Both the position numbers and the translations under genes were made by a program. Below, piece after piece: positions 14,037 to 25,178 of a stretch of DNA of 64,000 bases. The notes under the pieces were generated by a model. That model saw only the letters and a program-made list of their open reading frames with translations, was not told where the DNA came from and searched no databases. The first letter of the stretch is position 1, and the number at the start of each line of letters is the position of its first letter. Origin of the DNA: Pocillopora damicornis (lineage: Eukaryota); assembly GCF_003704095.1 (NCBI RefSeq), contig NW_020843878.1:1-64000 (forward strand). Direction: 5' to 3'.

Positions 14037-17000
14037 TCAAGCGAAGGTGTTTGCCTGATGAAATTCAGCCAAAATTGGGATTAGCCATAAGCTGAATTCC
14101 TTGATTATTGCGAGTTTCCATTTGTCCTGTTCCTTCTGTGTTGAAGGTGGCGCGCAGGTGGGCTGGGGAGAGCTTCCTGGGCCAGTCACTTTACTCCCAA
14201 GTTGCCGTTGCTAAATAAAGAAAAGGAAAAAAACCCTTCGTTTAACACATTTTGTTGTGGAGTCGTAGTTTCCTAAGTTCTAACTGAATTAAAAAATTTG
14301 TTTTTGCATTACAAAATGCTCTTTTGTTTGCTGGTTTAAATATATCTCAATTCTCAGGACTTATTACAAACACTTTTAAAATAGTCTGTTCCTTTGGGGA
14401 AAGTTAGTTTATCTTTGTCTGTTTGGCTAGACTCTCTCTCAAGAAGCATTGTGTTGAAAGACGCTCCTTTGTTTTTTGTCTTTAGAATCTCCCCGTTCTC
14501 GAAATGTAAATCAAAACAATTAAAGATTGTGTTCCTTTAGGGTAAAGTTTGTTTTTCTTTTGTCTTGAGGCTAAATGTTTCCCTCGAATATTTATAGGAA
14601 ATATTGAGACTCTTGAGAAAGCGAAACTATCCACTTTCGTCCAAAGCATAAATATATTGTATACTATTCCTTTAATAAAATATTCAAGGGAGTGTTTTTT
14701 AATCTCGGGGCCCCGATACCTCGCTACTTGCCGTCATTTTGAGGCTGACACCCTCCCTACACCTACGTCAATGTTCTGTCATTGAATTTTATCCCAAATT
14801 TTACCGCAATTTCGTTATTTCGAGCTATGGCCGTTTTCCGTGTAGTTCGAGCTCGTGTACAATGTAATATTCATTCGGCTATCTCTTGATCTCAACTGCA
14901 CTGATCGTGTGTCACTGTCAAATCAAATGCCAATGTCACTGTCTATCGTGTGTCACTGTCTATCGCAGACTCTCGTTAATTCAAACGTGCAATCACAGTG
15001 TGACGTAACGTTGAACGAAAAAAATGGAAGTTCAGATTTTTTTCTTTACGCAACTATAAGAAACATTTACTTTCATATCGTTTTTAATAATTTTCCCCAC
15101 TCACCAGTTCATTCATTTGTGAGATGAGGAGGTTGACTCCGTTCTCTACATCTTGCAGTCTTCCCTTAAAAGGACTGTTTTGGATCTGGGCTTCTTGATT
15201 TTTCATAATGGAAAGAAAAGTTTTGAAGATATACAACTGTTTTACATCTGTTTCCAAGAGAGCTGTTTCCTGTAATTGAAAGATGATGAAGATATTGAGC
15301 GTTTTGAATCACTCACTTGACTAACTCTAAGACGCGTTTTCCTTCAGAGTTCCGGCGATTCCGAGAAATCTTTTGTGTCTGGCCCCTCTGTTTGTTTCAA
15401 TTTCAAACTTGAGTAAAGAAATTTGCATTTTTTACATACGCAGAGGCTTTGGTAGATTGAAATGCAAAAGTTGCTGGTGACGAGTAGGACAGGTGTAATT
15501 TTTAGCATGTAAGAGACCCAGGACTGCTAAGATGTGTGAAAGATCAAAACATTTTAGGCTACGTGAATGGGAAAACGCAAAGCTCACCGTTTAAAATCTA
15601 ACTTATTTTGAATTCGTACTCTCTTAGCATTCCTAGAACCGTGACATCTCAAGGTAAACAAACATGATATTTGGTAACTTGGCCAATATCTTAACGCTAG
15701 CAACTTCTTAAACTTTCAAGGTAAGTGAGGTTTCACTTTGTGATCTGTTACTTTTACCATGATACCGCAAACGGATATGATTTATATTTAAGGATCAATT
15801 AATGATTTAATCGATGACTCACGGAAACACCATCCTGATCAAATGAAGGTCGTGGTAAGCATGGAATTCTGAGGTAATACTCATCGTTGTCTTTGCTACC
15901 CGTACGGACCGACGCCTGTGCAAGGTAAATTAGATACGAGGAATGAGTACTACGATTTACTATCAAGTAGATGACATGAAATGAGAGGGTTTAAAAGTGA
16001 AATCCACGACAAGCGCAAGTCACTGAACTTTCCTCTATCTGCTGTCAGCCATTTGTTCGTCAAAAGTGAAGCTATGAACTTATTCTGTGATCCGCATATT
16101 TTCCATTTTTGTTATTCCTGTTTCTCTCTTCCTTTTTTCACTTCAGGTTTATAGTGTGTGAGCAAAATCGAAGTTTAAAATCGTCGTTTGCTTGTTGCTC
16201 CTTATGTCATGCGCGATCTAGCCACTATACCCTGCATTTGACACACGAGAAATTCTTGGAGAGAAGTTTCGGGCGAAATCAGTCAAAAGATATTTTTATC
16301 CTGTAACAGAATATCCACCTCTGAAATTGATGGTCAAAGAGTTGAAAAAGGCTCATTCAATTATAACTTAGCCCGTCTGGTTGTTAAGCGCTGCGCTCTT
16401 CGGTGTCGAAGGAGCTTTCACACCGCAGTTACTTCCTTTTATGAAATATTACTTCAGCTCCATCAAGGGCAGAATTACTTCATTAGCAAATATACACGGT
16501 CTCATCAATTAGCCACGTTTGCAGTTATGATATGATCCGAAGTTGCTTCTTGACTTGATCCGGTCTGCCTCAACTGATAGCTAAGTCCGCGCAAAAAGTT
16601 ATACTTTGGGTACATTTTGGCTAGCTTTTTCCTAGTTCCTTTTTCTCTTTTTTTTAGATGATAACCGACCTTTATCGAATTCGTGTCTCCCGGATCTTCC
16701 TTTTTCTCTTTTTTTTAGATGATAACCGACCTTTATCGAATTTATGTCTCCCGGATCATCATATGTTGCTATGTATTCCGAATCAAGATCGATAAAAGTA
16801 ATTAAAATTCAAACAACAAAAAATTAACCTCTCACACGGTCACTTACAAATTCTTCCTGCAATGTCACCGTCATATTCTGGAGACTTCGGGACTGGCCAA
16901 ATATCCAACCTTTCATCCAATCAATACGCGCTTGTCTCCCGCTTGCTGGGGCCGCCATTGAATTACCAATGAACATGGCGCCCAAAAGACCCAAGAAAAG

Positions 17001-17393
17001 TCCAGAGAAACCTTCCGGAATAAAGAAAGATCGAAAGTCATGACAAAGGAATACGAACAAAAATATATATATTTTTTCAAAGATAACGACGTTTCAGCTG
17101 CCTTTTGAGGTGTAAGCTAAAATTTGTGAACTAAAAAAGTAATTGCTCAAATATTGCTGTGAAACTTTTTAGTTTCAGAAACTTATGTTTTCATTTCATT
17201 TTTTTGTTCTCACCCAAACAAATACAAAATGAATTTAAATGAAATTTTAATAGCCTTTAATTTTTGTGTTTGTAAAAAGTGCCTTAGTAGTAGTAATAGC
17301 GGTGAAAAGGCTCTTTTAAAGTGTTTAAAAACCAGATCATTCTAAACCTAAAACTCACTCATTTATCTACTTACCTAACTTTGACGACTTCAT
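14037..17393 (-). CDS. Secreted long-chain four-helix-bundle cytokine-like protein 2 (CNTF/IL-11-like), 204 aa
   Basis: Exons 17393-17375 (19 nt), 17011-16848, 15915-15823, 15269-15105, 14210-14037; phases 1,0,0,0: MKSSKLGFSGLFLGLLGAMFIGNSMA-APASGRQARIDWMKGWIFGQSRSLQNMTVTLQEEF/ASVRTGSKDNDEYYLRIPCLPRPSFDQDGVS/ETALLETDVKQLYIFKTFLSIMKNQEAQIQNSPFKGRLQDVENGVNLLISQMNEL/QRQLGSKVTGPGSSPQPTCAPPSTQKEQDKWKLAIIKEFSLWLIPILAEFHQANTFA. Confidence 0.82.
16636..16757. repeat. 61-bp tandem duplication in intron 2 of cytokine-like gene 2
   Basis: ttcctttttctcttttttttagatgataaccgacctttatcgaatt..tgtctcccggatc twice. Confidence 0.9.
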
Positions 17394-17586
17394 GTTAAAA
17401 CTAGAAATTCTTGTTCTTCCAACTGATGCTGTAATGAATGTGTTCACCTGAACGACTGTGAAAAACTCCCTGACCACGCTAGTTAAATAGTGGCGTGATT
17501 ATGCCAAGGGGAAACGAATAACAATGATTTTACCATAATCCCTGTAACAGGCAAAAAATAAATCTGCGAATATGCGGGACTCGTCT

Positions 17587-17622
17587 AAATATATATATCA
17601 TTTGAATTTTCACTTCACTTCC
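17587..17622 (-). promoter_or_regulatory. TATA box with adjacent ETS/IRF-like element upstream of cytokine-like gene 2
   Basis: Minus strand GGAAGTGAAGTGAAAA (17622-17607) followed by TATATATATTTA, about 195 bp upstream of the ATG. Confidence 0.5.
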
Positions 17623-20600
17623 TTTTTTTATTACGAATTAACTGATTCTTTCTTCCTTATTTTCTAGGTTTTCAACGATCAAAATGACAATCATGAAACA
17701 GAATTTAATTTCATATTGCCCCTTATTTTGCCATTCTTATTAATAAGATGTTTTCGAAACCAACATCTATTGGAATTATGCTTCAAGATTGTTGATGTCG
17801 ACTCGACAACGATAATTTATGCATTTTCCCTATTCAAATTAAACGCTTCCTACCATTATTTTTTCTGATTGATGATAATCTAAATTTTTCTCAAATATTC
17901 CATCAAGGTTCCGTGTGATAATGATTTTGTTTTATGAGTGAACGTTAAAAAACCCGGTAACTTCCCATCCAATAAGTAAAATCAGCAAGAAATATGATAC
18001 GAACATCGCTATGTAATTTGACACTCCCTACTAATAAGAAAACGAAAGTGGAATTTGATATTAGACCATAGGTTTTATTAACTTTAGTTTAAGCAATGTT
18101 TTAGATTTGAAACAAGCCATGGCCTAGCCTTTCATGAATCATTTCGCGCTTGTAGAAGGCTCTAATTAATTTTTTGCAGTTCACTATAGTTGTCATATAC
18201 TCAATTTAGATTCTAAGAAATGTAGTGGCAAAGTGACAACAAAGATTACTTCCGTTTCATCCGCAATGTAACAGAGGCAAAAGAGTTATCGAGATAGCTT
18301 ATACGCCAATTTCAAGAAATTCTGACACACTTTTTTAAACGCTTGTTGTTCGTGATATTGCGGTTAATGAGGATTTTACTTCGCATCCGCGTTTTCACGA
18401 TATGGTCAGTTTTCAGCGAAAAGTTCTTGCATTGAGAGCATTAACTATGAAACCGCCGTGACACTACAGATTTACAAGGAAATTCCGTCTTAGCTATGGA
18501 CGTCATTCCATAGAAATAATTCCACCCCTAGTTTTAAAGAAATCTTATTTCATTCACATTACATTTCGAGCGATATTCAAAATTCCTGATTCCACTTGCT
18601 GGACAGAGTGCGTTTAAAACATGATCACGCGTGCGATTTTCATTTCGTCAGTGACTTCCTTACTTCTTTTCCAACATCTCGTGAACTAGTTTTGAACGTG
18701 ACGTGGCCAAAATTGCTCACTTTGTTCCTATCTACTCTACCCAGTTATTTCAAATTCTCATTTTTCTAACAGTCCGTGTGTGCTTTTTTTCCGATGATAC
18801 CTACATATCATGTTACCATCAGATAACTTAACTAGTGTCGACGACACTAAGTCCGCTTTTTAAATGAGTTCGAGCGTTTCCCGGCTTTGTTGAAATTTGT
18901 TAAGGATAAGTGCTCTGTGATATCTCGCTCGTTGTGAGAATCTGATAAAACAAACGGAAAACGGAAGGCATTTAACGATTTTCGCTGTTGATTTTGTTAG
19001 CCCAGCCGATACGAACAAGACAAAACCTACTAATTCAGAACGAAACTTTTTCTCTCCAAGTATTGTGGCTTTCCTAGATCAGTCGAGTTTTTTTAAGGAC
19101 AAATAAGTTCTAAGAAATAATCTATAGTCACTTTTTATCAATAGAGGCATTTCAAACGCTATGGTGTCCTTCCGCGAATTTGTCAAACATTGTTAAGCTC
19201 CACACTTTTCACAAAAAGTTAGAAATCCAATGAGTAACGAAAGCAATTGTTTTGACGTATCAACAATTGCATGAATTTCAAAGGATTAAAATTTTCCCAA
19301 TGATTTGTCCGTGGAAAAACATCTAAGATCGATTTAATTTCTAGGGGATTATTTTTACTCACAACTTAGTCATGGAAAACATTGCGATATATTTCCTCTC
19401 CGTGACGTAAGAGATTGCTCAACTTCAAGTGTAAAATGTAATTTTCTTTCTTTAATTCTACATGCTCAATATATGGATTGATTTGCATCAGTACAGACTT
19501 AGGTGGAGCAAAACTGGATTGATTTCCACGAAACGAAATCCTCCAGCGGCGGGATGAATTGTTCCGCTAGTCCCAAAATGAATGTTTCAGAAGTGTTCTT
19601 TTCCTTTATTTTTTCTCGATAAAAATGGCCATTACTCTGCGTCATTATATATTCGCTTACGTGAGCTGATTATCAGCTCACTACTATTGTAATCAAAGGT
19701 ATGACCTAGCAATGTTTCTATCTTTAGTATTAAGACATTCCCTTCTCGACTCAAGACAGCAGCTGTTAACGTTTGTCCCATCGATGACCACTGCATTTGA
19801 CAAAGTTTTTCTTTTTCCTCTTAAGTTTTTAATTTAGCTAAAGATTTCGAGATAAATTTGATAAGAACCTTTTCATTTCATTTTAAAAAAAGGCGTAGAG
19901 GCTAATTTCATTCTCTAATAATCCTTAATAGAGACACAGAATTGAAGAACATCATCACTATAAGTTTGCTTCATTGTTAAGTCAAAAATCGTCTTTCATT
20001 AGGAAGAAATTGTCAAACAATTTCTTCATAATATAGAAAATAAAGCTAATAGTTTATAAACAAACATGAAGACAACAAGAATAATTACGATGTATTTGTA
20101 GAGGATTCAAAGACGATTTCATAAAAGCAACTAAGCAGAATTTCTAGAGCGTTAAAACAGTGACGTAATTTCCTTTCAGAGATGGGACGGGAAGAATGAG
20201 GAGACAGACGTAAATTGTTTCGCTGATTCCGTGCACGGTCGATGATGTCGCAATCAAGTGCGGATGTTTTCACGTAGCTTGCTCTCTCGGAAAAGGAAGT
20301 TTACCGCAAAAAATAGGATTTACTTCGTTTCCGTTTGGGTCTTTCTACCCTCCGAGAGTAAGAGTCATTTTTACATACAGATGTGTACGATCAAGTAAAT
20401 ACGTGATGGAGGAGAGCTTGTTTGCTTTAATTTAAATAAAGTAGTGGTCAAAACATAGAATAAATAAACCCTGAGGATACGCTTTTCAACCTTTTTGAAA
20501 CTGAGAAATATAAAATTTCCAGAACTAATTGAACTGAACTAAATGAACTGATGTCTCAATTCCCATTTAGTGAAGGCTAGGTTTACTATTAATAAACAAG

Positions 20601-20785
20601 GAACAGAAATCTTTCCGGTTTTTTCCTTAGCAAATATTAAAACCAAACTCCCCCTGAGAAAGAATTGACAACAAAAGAATTGTGTGATATTAATGAATAT
20701 TGCTTCTTGTTTGAACGCTTCGCTCTTTCTAATTCATCGCCTAAATCTGAGGAGATGATTTAACCTTTGATTAAACAAAAAGTCA

Positions 20786-20792
20786 TATAAAA
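20786..20792 (+). promoter_or_regulatory. TATA box of cytokine-like gene 3
   Basis: TATAAAA 120 bp upstream of ATG 20906. Confidence 0.55.
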
Positions 20793-20905
20793 AAGGCCCA
20801 TCGGATTAAAAGCATAACTTCACTACTGCGATCGATATCTCTGAAATTTTCTACCATATTTGAATACTTGACGAACGGAGAAATCCAGACTTACTTTATT
20901 GAAGT

Positions 20906-23427
20906 ATGCCAGGTATGCAACATAAAACTATTACAGCTACCCAAGTAGTGAGAAATTTTAAGGGTTCTCACAGTGACTTGCCTTCGATCTTTATTTTACG
21001 CGTGATCCTCTGAAAATAACCTTAATTACCATCACACTTTTATTATAAGAGACGGACCACTCACTACGTGTTTCTACGGTTATGCGTTGGGTATTTGTCC
21101 TTACGTTTAACTATGAGGCAGATGATGGGACGATTTAAGTACGAAATTGGTTTTACTTGTGACGACCTTTATTTGTCAACTCTTTATGGCTTGACATTTA
21201 CCGTACTTTGGAAAGGGTTTTTGCTGACTGATGGACTTACCGATTGATTAAATAAATAAGTTGAGTAATCGATTGAATGACTGACTGTCTGATGGACTTA
21301 CTTACTGACTGGCTGACTGGCTGACTGGCTGACTGACCGACTGAAAGACAGATAAACTGACTGGCTGACTGTTTTATTAACTGACCGACTAATTGGTTCA
21401 CCGCCTGATTAACTTATTGACTGACTGGCTGACTGACTGAACGATTCACTGACTGTTTGACTGATTGATTTGCTGATGAACTTAATAACTGACTGACTGA
21501 CTGACTGGCCGACTAACTGGCTTACTTACTGTCTGACTTACTGTCTGACTTACTCTCTGACTGACTAACTGACTGACTAAGTGACTGAAAGACAAACCGA
21601 ATGACTGATTGACTGACTAAATGGCTGACTTAATGACCGACTGAATGACTGACAGATTGACCGACTCATTGAGTAACCAACAACCTGGCTGATCGACTGA
21701 TTCAGTGACAAGTCGAGGAATCAACTAATAAATTGACTGATTAATTAACTGCAGGTCAACTTGGTTACAAACTATCAGTTCTCTTGGTTTTAACCACGAT
21801 ATTCATGTTATCGTGCGTTAAATCTTCCACTCCACGAACCAGGAGGTCCCTGTCCGGCCCTGCAGCGGTAGGGGCAGTGCAAATTGGAATCCCTGCGTCC
21901 CATAAAGTCTTAGACGACTGGTGCATGAACGTCACAAAACACCTCAACACAACTCAGGAAAAATTTGTAAGTTATGAAGACTGTGTGAGATTTAATGCAA
22001 ATCTCAAAAATTTTATAACATACAATTGTCGCAATTTGTGGCAGCTTATCAGAAAGGACGTAAAAGTGATTAACAGCCAAGCATCAAACTATATTTTAAT
22101 TTTAAATATATGATTAAATCTATTTTGTTTCGTTTTCAAATTTTATTGCAGAGGAAGGAATTTTTTCTTATGACTATTTCTTTTTTTTTTCTTTTGTTTA
22201 AACACACAGATTGACACAAATTCATCTTTAATTCTAGATGGCCTTTTCTTCGTAAATTAATTTCCTTTTTTTCTGTCTCATTTTCCTCAGGGCAGTATCA
22301 ATTTCAACAGCTCAATGGCACACTCCATCATCTCTTCTATGGGAGTTACGGTAGTTACAGAATCATTTTCCTTGCATCTCTTCTCTTTCAGCGAAGCTTG
22401 ATGGACTCTCTATTAAGCTAACAACTGTGCTTCCAAATCTCCCAAATATCCCCTCCAAATAGTACCTCAGCCCTATTTTTCCTCTCATAAGGGTCTCAAT
22501 CATCCTAGGGCACGGCTTTTTACCATTTCTTGGTGCAGTCAAGTTGGGTGAAATGCCGAGATTAAGTAGGTGAAACGCCTCGTAAGAAAAATCATAAACG
22601 TGTGCTGTTTATTTAATGGGAAAGTTGGCTCTCAAATCTTCTTTTATTCTCCTTATTCGCCCAACAGACTATTAAAATAGGCAATGTTTTTTATCGGTTA
22701 CTTACAATTCCTTCAACATGAACAGGGGAAACAGCTTGACTAGTAGTGATACAGTTCTCCCAATGATGTTTTGTCAATGTCACAAAGTTACTAGGGAAAT
22801 GTTTAGGCAAGTTCTAATCGCTCATCCACAACATAATGTTCTCTTCCTTCTTAACAGGTACTTCAGAGACTTTCATTCGACTTGGAACACTTAGAAATAT
22901 ACTATCTTCTTTTTGGTCAAATTCCAAGCTCAAATTCAGATCAGAAATTTAATTTGTGTGTAAACGACGGTATCAACCTCATGGGGGGGCTTGTCATCAG
23001 CATGCAATTGACGGTAAGTAGAGCTGTTTTATTTCGTTTCTTTCAATTGATAATTCAAAAGAGGATTCTAATGTACAAAATGCAGCTCGTTCCAAATATT
23101 TCTTCGTAATTGTCGAAGATCTTGAACCAATTAGGAGAGCGCTAGCCCGACACTTTGTCGATCACCTTTGTTGTGAATTCTCCAATTGTCAGCCGTTTTA
23201 ATACGTGCCGCTTATAACTGCAGCTAAACGTTGTTTTTCTGTTACTCTGATAGGAGCTCTACCTCAATGGTACGTCACCATTCCCCCCTCAGTTCGTTAG
23301 TAAGGGAACGATTGGTAGCCAGACTCGTTACCAGGACCTCAGTCACGAAATAGCGCAGCTCAAAAGTTACATGAGAGGGCTGGCCATGATACTGGCAGAC
23401 AAAGACTTTATCTCAGCACAAGTTTGA
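20906..23427 (+). CDS. Secreted long-chain four-helix-bundle cytokine-like protein 3 with furin site, 202 aa
   Basis: Exons 20906-20912, 21755-21966, 22291-22350 (weak GTAGTT donor), 22858-23013, 23254-23427; phases 1,0,0,0: MPGQLGYKLSVLLVLTTIFMLSCVKSSTPRTRR-SLSGPAAVGAVQIGIPASHKVLDDWCMNVTKHLNTTQEKF/GSINFNSSMAHSIISSMGVT/VLQRLSFDLEHLEIYYLLFGQIPSSNSDQKFNLCVNDGINLMGGLVISMQLT/ELYLNGTSPFPPQFVSKGTIGSQTRYQDLSHEIAQLKSYMRGLAMILADKDFISAQV. Confidence 0.75.
21225..21750 (+). repeat. Degenerate (ACTG)n microsatellite in intron 1 of cytokine-like gene 3
   Basis: About 500 bp of gactgactgactggct variants ending at the exon 2 acceptor. Confidence 0.95.
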
Positions 23428-23494
23428 AGCCAATAGGAAGTTGTCTTAAATGACACCATGGACTGATAGCGGTCAAGTTCAATCCTAGTGATCT

Positions 23495-23696
23495 ATTTAA
23501 AACAAATTATTTATTCTTGTTGAAATATAATTATTACTTTTTCAAAGTCTACTTCGAAAACTGTACTTATTTAATGCAAAAGTTTGATTTTTTTGACGCA
23601 TGCAACTCACTGCGGTGTAAGTTATTAATTGTGACAAATTATTTATTGAGCCGAGTTTTCAACCTCGACTTATGAATGCATAATAAAGGAAATAAA
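23495..23696 (+). promoter_or_regulatory. AU-rich elements and polyA signals in the 3' UTR of cytokine-like gene 3
   Basis: TTATTTAWW nonamers at 23507, 23567, 23639; ATTTA at 23495; AATAAA at 23682 and 23691. Confidence 0.6.
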
Positions 23697-25178
23697 AAAT
23701 CACTACAGTTTACTGACCACCTTGCTCATCGGTCCATTTTCTGTTGTTAAGATGTGTTTCGATTCGTTGAAGTTCCAGGTTGTTTAGAGTTTAGCCTTGA
23801 CATGGAGTTTCCTTACTTTGATTTCTCTGTTCGCGTATCGAGGTTTTTAATTATCAATAATGTTTCTTTACGTTCATTTGATTTGAAATCCCTATGCAGT
23901 CCTTGCGACTCAAGGCCCTGCAAGCCCGCGGACAAAGTTTTGAGTTGTCCTTAGCCACAATAAGGCTTAATTCTTAAACACACACTTCTCATAGTGGCCA
24001 TGTTTAGATTTGCCTACTGTCCATGCTTTGGACCTTCAATAAAGTTCCTGTACCTTTTGACCCTCTATCATTTGAAGATTGAACGTTTACTCAGAAGCAT
24101 TAAGTATCTTGTTATTCATTTTTTTGATTGTCATGACGTATTTTAGGACAGTTTTCTAAAATGAGAGGTTCTGTTACCAGGACAGGCGGCTCGTATGCGC
24201 ACTCATACCTCCCTAACAAGTATTCAAATGCGTGTACTCAGGGTAGTCAGCCAGGAGGTATCACTAGAAGTTAGCCGTAGTAGAACTTGATTGATTAGAA
24301 GACACAGGGGAGAAACGTAGAGTTGAGAAGACTGCAGAGACAACTGGAGCCTTTCTTCTTTGGTGCTTTTCAACCCTTTTTTCACATACTTTTTTGGAAA
24401 ACATAGTCAATGGATAAGTGTCCCCCCCTCCCGCCTTCTTTTAACTCAACCACACTCCACCAAGGGACTTGACTTACTGCCTGAGCTGTTGCAGGGCAAT
24501 AAGCCTAGCAACCTCCACAGGAAAACACCTGTCTAGTTGCTGAGATTGGGACCCCTGTTATCATGCGAAACCTGATATCAAGAATATTTTCACCAACTTT
24601 GGACCTAACTGGGCAGAGTCCGTAGTTGATACAGACAGAGATTAACGAAAACATTTCTCTAGAAGGTCAAAAACAAGTAAAAACAATAATTGACACTCCT
24701 TTCCTACAAATTTACATATTCTCAACTAGAAAACAATTTAAAATTCTAGAAGCCGTGATTGTTAATCGACTGCAGGTAAAAAGTATTTTTGTTAAGATTA
24801 CATTCTTTCTGAATTCGTGAAAAGGTTAACTGATATCTGCTAGATATAAACTGACTGACGAGGACTTAATCGTAGTTTTTAGGTCATTTTGCATATCGCA
24901 AGAACTCAGAATAGCATTAACGTTACGTAGCTCTTTTGAAGAGAATTTGGAAGTTTCAGCGAGTCTCTAAAACAAAGACAGAATGATGAAGTGAACCCCC
25001 CCCCCCCCCCCACCCCACCTTTGTTGTGACGGCAGTTATGCATGTGCGTGATGTTTGGAGGTATTGTACTAGACAGAAATACGAGTATGGATCAATACGC
25101 CTGACTGCTTATAGAAGATCGTACTAAAGTTTAAAGAGGTCAGATATTCAATACTCCATTCTAGGCCCACATCTTGTG

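Noticed and set aside
15440-15526. Alternative 87-nt exon 3 for cytokine-like gene 2
   Set aside because: Open in phase 0 but with weaker splice sites; 15915-15823 has consensus sites and its end aligns with gene 3 (DGVS vs MGVT)
22392-22462. Alternative exon 3 for cytokine-like gene 3 (LPNLPNIPS)
   Set aside because: Wrong phase, and it hits TAG with no usable donor
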